Below the pieces are notes generated by a model. It saw only the letters and a program-made list of their open reading frames with translations, had not been told where the DNA came from and made no database searches. From contig CAXXUA010000015.1 of NCBI GenBank assembly GCA_963663765.2, positions 288,001-352,000 of the forward strand: a stretch of DNA of 64,000 nt, read 5' to 3'. The DNA comes from Candidatus Poribacteria bacterium. Lineage in GTDB: Bacteria > Poribacteria > WGA-4E > WGA-3G. Every line of letters starts with the position of its first letter. The first letter of the stretch is position 1. Below are positions 11,197 to 19,144 of the stretch, one piece after another. Made by a program: the position numbers and the translations under genes.

Positions 11197-11240
11197 AAGT
11201 AAATACCTTTCACACTAACTATTTCAACGGTCTAATCCAA

Positions 11241-11278
11241 AAAAAAATAATCCTCATTTGCACGATGCGAATGAGGAT
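11241..11278. terminator. Intrinsic terminator hairpin between convergent genes
   Basis: ATCCTCATTTGCA-cga-TGCGAATGAGGAT (11250-11278) with an A-run on the left, i.e. a U-tract on the minus strand. Confidence 0.7.
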
Positions 11279-11345
11279 ATATAATATTATAGTAAATACT
11301 GATTTTAGATTCTTTTTAAAAAGAATAACAACAAACTAAAACTAT

Positions 11346-11684
11346 TTATTCTTCAAATAGTTGTGCTGTAAATCGTGGTTTTTTATCTACTTCTTCAACA
11401 GCTTCAATTGTGCTAATCAATGTTTCTATTTTGACCTTGTCTTTGTCAACCATGAGTACGACTTTGTTGTCTGAGTGTGAAACACTTAATACCTCAGTAA
11501 CGCCTGTCACCTTTTTGAGTGCATCCTGCACTTTTCCAGTACACACGCTTCAGACCATACCATTTACAGATAGACTTACTTCCTCAACCGATGCGTTTTT
11601 TGTGTCTTCTTTCTGTTGGTTCGCACAACCTATAACGATAAATACCATGAATAAACAGAATAATGACTTATTTAATATTTTCAT
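11346..11684 (-). CDS. Lipoprotein with heavy-metal-associated (HMA) domain, probable selenoprotein (GMV-U-SVC)
   Basis: ATG 11684 with GAGG RBS; lipobox IVIGC; in-frame TGA 11552-11550 at the first Cys of GMxCxxC; frame continues to 11346; downstream hairpin. Confidence 0.85.
11518..11532 (-). promoter_or_regulatory. Putative SECIS hairpin
   Basis: AGTGCA-gga-TGCACT, starting 17 nt after the UGA. Confidence 0.7.
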
Positions 11685-11728
11685 GACTTCCTCTTATTGA
11701 ATATACTTTGTAATCTATAGAAAAGATG

Positions 11729-11750
11729 AAGGGCGAGTTTCCTCGCCCTT
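11729..11750 (-). terminator. Hairpin just after the stop of the upstream HMA gene (terminator or REP-like)
   Basis: AAGGGCGAG-tttc-CTCGCCCTT. Confidence 0.5.
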
Positions 11751-11758
11751 ACAAGTCG

Positions 11759-12145
11759 TTAGTTAACGAGAGATGCTGTGAAGCGAGGATCTGCATCATC
11801 AATAGTCTTAATCAGAGCATCGTTTGTAATTTTACCCTTTTCAACTTTAACGACGACTTTCTTTGTTTGTCTGGAAACACTGAGTACCTCTACACCCGTG
11901 ACCTTTTTAAGCGCGGACCGCACTATACCAGGACACGATCCTCACGTCATGCCCTCAACATTAAAGGTCACTTCCTGATAGGTAGCTTTCTTAGGAGTCG
12001 AAACCGAGGTTTCACTCATCGCTTTTTCTCCTGTCGTAGACATAGCAGTTTCTTCAGCCATTTCTGTCTGTTGTCCGACCATGCCACAGCCTATCACGAA
12101 TGTAAAGGCAAACAGTGTAATCAGCGATAATCTTGCAATATACAT
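11759..12145 (-). CDS. Lipoprotein with HMA domain, probable selenoprotein (GMT-U-GSC)
   Basis: Lipobox FVIGC; in-frame TGA 11944-11942 in VEGMT*GSCPGIVRSALKKVTGV; frame open to TAA at 11759; paralog of 11346-11684. Confidence 0.85.
11910..11924 (-). promoter_or_regulatory. Putative SECIS hairpin
   Basis: AGTGCG-gtc-CGCGCT, starting 17 nt after the UGA, the same offset as in the paralog. Confidence 0.65.
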
Positions 12146-12246
12146 TGTTTTACCTCCTTAATTATATACAATACTATATTATCATATACTTAAGTTAGTT
12201 GTCAAGAAAAAAACAATTGGTATTTATGAGAAATAGGGTGAATGTA

Positions 12247-13008
12247 TTAATTGGATTTTTCTCTATGTGCATCAAGGAAAGGAAATACCTTTTGTAGTCT
12301 TTCAAGTTGTTTTTGTATAGCTGCTGCCCGTTCAAATTGTAGCAGGACGGCTGCGTTGTTACGTCTGGTAACAAGATTTTGCTGAACTTTTTCATATTCA
12401 CCATCAAGTAGATTGATAATGTTCATTATCATCTCTCTATAGAGTTCGCGTGTAATAAGTGCAGCACATGGTGCATAACAACGTTTCATGTCGAATTGTA
12501 GACAAGCGCGGTAGTCCTCTTGAGGGGTAATGGTTCCTTGACAGGTTCTAACCATAAAGATGCGTTGTAGTACATCTATTGCTTCATCAGTCCATTTACG
12601 ACTTGAAAGTGGACCGAAGTATCTTGCTTTATCTGATTGAATTTTTGGTACTCTTTCAAGTCGCGGAAAATCTTCAGCGACATTGATACGAATATACCAA
12701 GTTTGTGTACCATACTTTAAAGCAGAATTATAGGAGGGTTGATGTTGCTTGATGAGACGAGATTCTAAGAAGAGGGCTTCCTGTTCTGATTGGCAAATCT
12801 GATACTGTATAGTAGTCGTCCATCTTATCAGTCGTTTGATTTTTGACCGTCGGTTTTTGACTTTATGAATGTATGAACGTACTCGCTTATGTAGACATTT
12901 TGCTTTGCCGATATATAGAATTTTTCCTGTTGATCCGTAAAAGAAGTAGACACCTGGTACTGAAGGGATGTCTTCTACCATATCTTTCGTTAACATTATG
13001 TTTCCCAA
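12247..13008 (-). CDS. GIY-YIG nuclease resembling the UvrC N-terminal half (Cho-like)
   Basis: PGVYFF...ILYIGKAKCLHKRVRSY, Cys cluster and UVR-like coil (FERAAAI); no UvrC C-terminal half. Confidence 0.85.
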   Translation of the reverse strand: MGNIMLTKDMVEDIPSVPGVYFFYGSTGKILYIGKAKCLHKRVRSYIHKVKNRRSKIKRLIRWTTTIQYQICQSEQEALFLESRLIKQHQPSYNSALKYGTQTWYIRINVAEDFPRLERVPKIQSDKARYFGPLSSRKWTDEAIDVLQRIFMVRTCQGTITPQEDYRACLQFDMKRCYAPCAALITRELYREMIMNIINLLDGEYEKVQQNLVTRRNNAAVLLQFERAAAIQKQLERLQKVFPFLDAHREKSN

Positions 13009-13369
13009 CTACGTTACGATTGTTGTATATAGAGTTTTAGCAGGTTTAGATAGCAAAATCACTGATGAATTGAACCTGAAAAAACGACTTGACTTTGTAT
13101 CACATTTCTGCTAATTTACCGATATCTCTGACAAACAAACAATATATAAAATTAGGTGTTAACATAGAATTTTATATTGTCAATCTGATTAATTGCTTGC
13201 CGACTCTTTCGCAGCATAGTTTATCAACAATTTTGCTATTGACCTATATTAAATGACTACGTATAAAACACAGATGTGGTTACAAGTTGAGGTGTTTTTT
13301 TCAATAATTGTATTATCTTGTAGTTGTATTCATCAAATTAGCAGAATTTGATAGGAAGGATATAAGTTT

Positions 13370-14227
13370 ATGGTAAAATGGGAACCGACCCGTGAACAGA
13401 AAGAACTATATGAGACGAATGGTTATTTGGTTCTACGTAATGTTATTCCCACTGATCTTGCAGCTGAGATGCGTGGCGTAATTCGCAATGTGATATTGTC
13501 GCCGGAACCAGGAACAAATGCCGATATTGATCCGATGGATCCGATGGAGGATTCGCTTCAAGGCAGGATTGCACGTTTTCGGAAATTAGCGAATTTTTGT
13601 GTATCTGCACCTCTAATCTGGCATAATTTTCATGCGGGTGAGAAAATCCTTTATCATGTTCGGTATTTTCTTGGTGACGATATTATCGTCAAGTTTAACA
13701 GTTGTTTTTTGAAACCTGCGCGGACAGGTAGTGCTACACCGTGGCACCAGGACAATGGTTTGTGGCGTGATGGTGAGACAGACCCTGCGAACTGTTGGAT
13801 GCCGCTTGAACCTGCAACGCGCGAAAATGGTTGTTTGCAGTTTATTCCCGGTAGTCATAAATCAGGCATTGTTGAGCATGTCTTGTATCCTGATAGTATA
13901 CACGGAGAATTGCCGAGAGAACATGTAAAGGATATGGTGTCAAGACACGGTATAGACCATATTGAAATGGGAGCAGGTGATATTGTTTTTTGGCATAGTA
14001 GTATGATGCATTATAGTCCACCTAACAAGAGTGAAAAGGGTCGTATTGCGATTGCGGGAGTTTGGACAAATCCTCAAATTGTCAAGACGAGTAAGCGTTT
14101 CTGGAATAAGTTCCGTTGGGCAATGAAGGATGGTAAGGTCTGTACGCAGTTTCCACCTGAACCTGTTCAGATAGAGAATCAGACTGGTAATAAACCTAAA
14201 CCCTTTCGTGTTGCCAAGGATTATTAG
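13370..14227 (+). CDS. PhyH family dioxygenase
   Basis: TPWHQD, ENGCLQFIPGSH and MHYSPPN..R motifs. Confidence 0.93.
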   Translation: MVKWEPTREQKELYETNGYLVLRNVIPTDLAAEMRGVIRNVILSPEPGTNADIDPMDPMEDSLQGRIARFRKLANFCVSAPLIWHNFHAGEKILYHVRYFLGDDIIVKFNSCFLKPARTGSATPWHQDNGLWRDGETDPANCWMPLEPATRENGCLQFIPGSHKSGIVEHVLYPDSIHGELPREHVKDMVSRHGIDHIEMGAGDIVFWHSSMMHYSPPNKSEKGRIAIAGVWTNPQIVKTSKRFWNKFRWAMKDGKVCTQFPPEPVQIENQTGNKPKPFRVAKDY

Positions 14228-15541
14228 ATGTCAAAACCGAACATCGTTGTTTATCTTTCTGATGATCATGGTTGGGAATATCTCGGTTGCTACGGAAATA
14301 CACACATCCAAACCCCACATTTGGATGGTATTGCTGAGGAAGGTTTACGTTTTACGCATGCGTTCACCCCGACACCGACTTGTGCCCCTTCCCGTTCTAC
14401 ACTTTATACTGGACTGTATCCAGCGCGGCATGGAGCTATGGGGAATCATACGGAATGTCACCCATCACTTGAAACATTACCAAAAATGTTAAGAAAACTT
14501 GGATATCGTGTAGCAATTGCAGGTAAGACCCATGTGAGACCTGAGTCGCTTTTTGATTTTGAATATGTCGGTGGATTCCTACCGAAAAACCCAGATCATC
14601 AAAGGAAATATCGTAGAGAAGGACTTGATTTAATTCCAGTTGAACGTTTTCTTGCAGACCATCGTCATGAGAACCCCGAACAACCAGTCTGCTTGATTCT
14701 TGGTGACAGCAATCCGCATGTCACATGGGAACCGAACAAAATCTACGATCACGAAGTTTTACCCCTTCCCCCATATATTGGTGATACTCCAGTTGCGCGA
14801 AAGGCACTTGCCAACTATTATCAGGACATAACGACAATGGATTCTCGTATAGGTGAAGTAGACAAGATGTTGGAAGATCAGGGTTATGCTGATAACACGT
14901 TATTTATCTATACAACTGACCATGGATCCGAGTGGCCGCATTGTAAATGGACATTGTATGACACAGGTATTCGTGTGCCGTTCATTGCACGGTGGTGTGG
15001 AGTAATACCTGCTGCAACTGTTACAGATGCGATGATTTCCCATGTTGACTTTCTACCAACGTTGATTGATGTTGCTGGTGGTGAACCGTCATCGGATTTG
15101 GATGGTATGAGTATTCAAGACGTTTTATGTGGTAAAAAATCATCGTTTCGTGATAAAATATACGGAACGCATACCAGAGATGGTAATATGAATGTATTTC
15201 CGCAACGGTGTGTTCGAGATAACAATTACAAATACATATTGAACTTAAATCCCGAAAATGTTTGGACGACCCATTTTACAGAGGTTGAGGGGATTCCAGA
15301 AAGTCATGCAGAAGTGTGGAACAGTTGGGTTGAAAAGGCAAAAAACCACCCTAATTCTGCAGAACTTGTATATTTAACACAACACCACCCTGTTGAGGAA
15401 CTGTATGATGTGTTAGCAGATCCTTTCGAATTCAATAATATAGCATTTGATGCAGCATATAGTCACATACTTGAAGAGATGCGTGAGTATGTTTGCAGAT
15501 GGATGCAATCACAAGGAGATAAAGGAAAACCAGAAGAATGA
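14228..15541 (+). CDS. Sulfatase (formylglycine-dependent, Cys-type)
   Basis: KPNIVVYLSDD, CAPSR (CxPxR), GKTH and TTDHG motifs. Confidence 0.93.
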   Translation: MSKPNIVVYLSDDHGWEYLGCYGNTHIQTPHLDGIAEEGLRFTHAFTPTPTCAPSRSTLYTGLYPARHGAMGNHTECHPSLETLPKMLRKLGYRVAIAGKTHVRPESLFDFEYVGGFLPKNPDHQRKYRREGLDLIPVERFLADHRHENPEQPVCLILGDSNPHVTWEPNKIYDHEVLPLPPYIGDTPVARKALANYYQDITTMDSRIGEVDKMLEDQGYADNTLFIYTTDHGSEWPHCKWTLYDTGIRVPFIARWCGVIPAATVTDAMISHVDFLPTLIDVAGGEPSSDLDGMSIQDVLCGKKSSFRDKIYGTHTRDGNMNVFPQRCVRDNNYKYILNLNPENVWTTHFTEVEGIPESHAEVWNSWVEKAKNHPNSAELVYLTQHHPVEELYDVLADPFEFNNIAFDAAYSHILEEMREYVCRWMQSQGDKGKPEE

Positions 15542-16146
15542 AGTTAAAAAGAAAAAACTATATCGCTTATAGTATATTGATTGTGAGTACGGTAGTGTGT
15601 CTTTCATGTTTGGATTCAGTTGATATTATGATAGATGATGTAACCACCGAAACGACGGTTACACAACCCGATCCGTTGCCTGCTGGTCAAGGTTTGGCGC
15701 CTGGTACAACAGCACCTGATTTTTCGCTACCCGATGCTAGTAATAATACAGTATCACTTTCCGGTTATTTGGATAAAATAGTAGTTATTCAGTTTTTTTC
15801 GACTGCATTGTGACCCAACTGTATAAACCAACTCAGTGAGTTGGATGGTGGTTATCAAGGCATTTTAGATGCGGGTGCAGATGAACTATTTGCTATAAGT
15901 GGTGATACAGTGTTTGGTCTAAATAGGGAATTAGGACATTTATCATTATCTTACCCAGTGCTTTCGGATTCAGATTTTTCGGTTGTTGACACATATAATG
16001 TGCGTGATGAGAGCAATCCAAATCAGGCAAATCCGACTGCATTTATTGTTGATGCAGATGGAGTTATCCAGTGGAAAGACTCTGGTCAAAGGTTTGGTCA
16101 TCGGACTACATCAACACAGATTATTAATGCGTTGAATGGATTGTAA
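15538..16146 (+). CDS. AhpC/TSA (peroxiredoxin-like) lipoprotein, probable selenoprotein (U-P-N-C)
   Basis: ORFs 15538-15813 and 15841-16146 are in one frame, separated only by TGA 15811-15813 (FFSTAL*PNCINQL). APDFSLPD and PTAFIVDADGVI are thioredoxin-fold motifs. Confidence 0.87.
15828..15844 (+). promoter_or_regulatory. Putative SECIS hairpin
   Basis: CCAACTC-agt-GAGTTGG, starting 14 nt after the UGA. Confidence 0.7.
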
Positions 16147-16195
16147 GGTATTTTTGATAGTGTTACTCAATATTTTGATGTTGTAAGAAAGTTTC

Positions 16196-16489
16196 ATGTT
16201 AACCAACCGAATTGCAGAAAATTCTTTGATTACTCAGGAGTGTCGAAAAACACTCAACTCTCTACATGAAGAAATCAAGAAAATAACGGATCAGTTGAAA
16301 AACGGCAACCTGAATCCTGGGATAGGTAATAAAACAATTGGTAGCGGCATTGTTGAATCGCGTACTCGCGGTGGTTGCCGTGTTTATTGGAGATTTAGAG
16401 AGGGACAAATTGAAATCTTAGGAATTTCTGGTAAGTTTAACCAACACAAGGTAATAAAGGAAGTGTTAAATCATTTTGGAGGAAAATAA
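16196..16489 (+). CDS. Small basic protein, possible RelE/ParE-fold toxin domain
   Basis: GNLNPGIG...ESRTRGGCRVYWR...IEILGISGKFNQ resembles RelE-like RNases; 2 bp from the next ORF. Confidence 0.5.
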   Translation: MLTNRIAENSLITQECRKTLNSLHEEIKKITDQLKNGNLNPGIGNKTIGSGIVESRTRGGCRVYWRFREGQIEILGISGKFNQHKVIKEVLNHFGGK

Positions 16490-16491
16490 AG

Positions 16492-16884
16492 ATGGATAAA
16501 CCGTACACTATAGTTCAACACAATGATTATGAACTGACTATATTTCATGGTATTTCTCCACTTGATTATAACAACGATAATGTTAACGTTGAAGTCACTT
16601 TTCCAAACGGAGAGAGTTTCTCTGCTGTCTTTTTTACGCTTCAAAATATTGAAACTTTAATGAAGCGTTACAAAAAGACAGGAGAATGTGCGGATGGTCT
16701 CTATTTTTGGGCATCTGATATGGTAATTGTTCAACAGATTTCTGAAAAAACTATCTGTGCGACAATTGACAAATTATTGGCTGAAGCTGAGTTTGCATCT
16801 GTCTTTTCCAAAAATCAAGAAACCACAAAAATTTCTTCTGACAAAGAAGAAAATTATTTCAGAAGTTTCAATGAATCGTTGTAA
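16492..16884 (+). CDS. Small acidic protein, possible immunity/antitoxin protein
   Basis: DNVNVEVTF..G..FSAVFFT...GEC..GLYFWASDMVIV; GGAGG RBS inside the upstream gene. Confidence 0.5.
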   Translation: MDKPYTIVQHNDYELTIFHGISPLDYNNDNVNVEVTFPNGESFSAVFFTLQNIETLMKRYKKTGECADGLYFWASDMVIVQQISEKTICATIDKLLAEAEFASVFSKNQETTKISSDKEENYFRSFNESL

Positions 16885-16993
16885 AACATGTTATGCAATT
16901 TACTGGTCCGTAAAACGCATGTAAACGGCGCCCGGCAATCTTTGAGATTATGTGACTTTATGGTTTGCCCGCGCTTCATTTCAACCGAATAAC

Positions 16994-17918
16994 TTACTCG
17001 TGAAAAAGATCTCTTCCACTTTTCAACTCACCATTTTTCAAGTATTTGAAGTCAAGATTTGAACAGTAAATCTGTTTTGTGGTGATATGTATAGTCCGCG
17101 CGTTGATTTCGGCTACACTCTTCTCGTCCGCTGCTATAATACAAGATTCGTTCTCAAAAGTAGCAATTTATGTCATACGGCGATTTAACGGTAAAGTTAG
17201 TTCGGTATTTTTCTGGGCAAGTCCAAGTCCTCCAGCATTGTAAGGATGTTGTGGATTCTCAGGAGGATCTCCAAGTGAAATCAAGTCAACTGGACGATCA
17301 GAACATACAAAATCACTTGCGCCATCTTCAGAGATCAATAATATCCACTTTCTTTGAACAAGGAGTGGGAATACAGAATTATTGATGCTTTCCAACTCAA
17401 ACTTCAATTGATGACCGTGTCCATACTTTATATTGTAATCTTCATCTTCCACAAATTGCTTCACCGCTTCATATTCTGGTAATTGCTGATCTATAGAGAT
17501 TACACGCTGCTTTTGAGATTCATAAACTTCGCGGCTTGAGGTTAAGCACCTCAATATTTGTTTTCTAACTGTGGTCTCAAAGTTGCTGAGGTTTGTGCGA
17601 ATTTGTGGATTATGCATGTATAGCAAAGCGACAAAATATATTAGTGTTTTTATGTCATTTGCATCTTCAGGCAATGCTGATTTTTTTTTCTATCCATTTA
17701 AGGACTCGTGCAACCTCTCCTTCAATTTGAGCAAAATATTTTTCCACTACATCAATTGGATGTCCGGGGATATCTACTCGATTGAAATCTTTTTCAAAAC
17801 CTACATTCCGAGGAATATTAATGAAATATCTTCTCTCAACCTTATCAATGACGTGGAGCTGTTCATTTTGCGGGGTAGGATCTGAGAAACCTCGTAAATA
17901 GAACTTCCGTCGATCCAA
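16994..17918 (-). pseudogene. DUF4238-like pseudogene
   Basis: FYLRGF start, FVCSDRPV and LPLNRR motifs; frameshift at the T-run ~17681-17689; in-frame TAA at 17168, after which the frame continues to 16994. Confidence 0.65.
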
Positions 17919-18349
17919 TTCTCACTATCTACTACCTGAGTAAGAAGTGGCAGCATCTCACCAAGTGAATTCGGATTAACTTTTAGATGGAAAAACATTG
18001 CTGAAGCAGCGCTATCTTTAATATGCTGCTTTCCAAATTCCAATTTCCTTTGAAGGTAATTAGAAAAACTCCCGTCAATTGCTTTCAATTGTTCGTCAAT
18101 GGTTGAGTCATCAGCCAGAAATGTTCGGAGATCTGTACTTTCCTCTTCACCTCGCAATAAACTGTGACAATTTCCACAAAGTGTAAGACCGTTATCAAGT
18201 TAAGTAGCAAACTCAGGATATTTCTTAAACGGTTTGATGTGATGAACGTGCAGGTTGTTTTCAAACCCACATCTTCGACAAGCGTTGCCATCAGGACTAT
18301 TAACTTCGTTTTTCCATTGGTTGTACTCGGGTGAATTTCTTACATCCAT
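17801..18349 (-). pseudogene. HNH endonuclease pseudogene
   Basis: From ATG 18349: CRRCG..LHVHHIKPF..AT*LDNGLTLCGNCH, with in-frame TAA 18202-18200; same frame as ORF 17801-18157. Confidence 0.8.
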
Positions 18350-18599
18350 ATAGTTTTACTCATACTCTAAATAAGGTGTTGTATGTTATATTGTAACAGC
18401 TTAGTAATAATTTTACAAATTGAAGTGAATTTATAATTTTGAGCATCCTGAAATTTTTCCAATGGTTCGAATTTCACTTTTTTACAGACAATAGTTTTCC
18501 GTCAAATTAGAACTCTTACGATATTGCAAAGTTGCAAAACTATGGTAAATTATCTGATTAATTACACAGTCTACACCAGTTTGGTTAGGAAACCGCACT

Positions 18600-18731
18600 A
18601 TAAGCGTCAATTTAAGGATTTTGACCTCTTGTGAAGGTGTAACCCTGATTTATTTACTTTCCTCTCAAATCGGGGTTGAAAACCCCTCCCACAAGAGAAC
18701 ACCAACACTTGTTTCTTAAATTGACGCCTAT
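18600..18731. mobile_element. MITE-like element with 17-bp terminal inverted repeats carrying a REP-like palindrome
   Basis: ATAAGCGTCAATTTAAG / CTTAAATTGACGCCTAT (1 mismatch); internal CGGGGTTGAAAACCCCTCCCAC. Confidence 0.55.
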
Positions 18732-18773
18732 GGTTCGGTTAGGAAACCGCAAAAAACTGTCGCGACCGGGAGG

Positions 18774-19138
18774 TCGCTCCTACCGTAATATAGGGTTCGC
18801 TCCTACCGTAATATAGGGTTCGCTCCTACCGTAATATAGGGTTCGCTCCTACCGTAATATAGGGTTCGCTCCTACCGTAATATAGGGTTCGCTCCTACCG
18901 TAATATAGGGTTCGCTCCTACCGTAATATAGGGTTCGCTCCTACCGTAATATAGGGTTCGCTCCTACCGTAATATAGGGTTCGCTCCTACCGTAATATAG
19001 GGTTCGCTCCTACCGTAATATAGGGTTCGCTCCTACCGTAATATAGGGTTCGCTCCTACCGTAATATAGGGTTCGCTCCTACCGTAATATAGGGTTCGCT
19101 CCTACCGTAATATAGGGTTCGCTCCTACCGTAATATAG
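18774..19138. repeat. Perfect 23-bp tandem repeat, 15 full copies plus one 20-bp copy
   Basis: Unit TCGCTCCTACCGTAATATAGGGT with no spacers; the first unit is the 3' end of REP GTCGCGACCGGGAGGTCGCTCCTAC (18759-18783). Confidence 0.97.
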
Positions 19139-19144
19139 AGGTAT

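Noticed and set aside
11410-12130. Plus-strand ORFs 11410-11700, 11726-12130 and 11778-11978
   Set aside because: Antisense shadows of the two minus-strand HMA genes, which have RBSs, lipoboxes and family motifs.
16889-16993. Integron attC site (GTTATGC ... GAATAAC)
   Set aside because: The core sites are in the wrong order for attC on either strand, there is no convincing internal dyad, and no integrase is present.
18774-19138. CRISPR array
   Set aside because: The 23-bp units are head-to-tail with no unique spacers, and there are no cas genes in the window.
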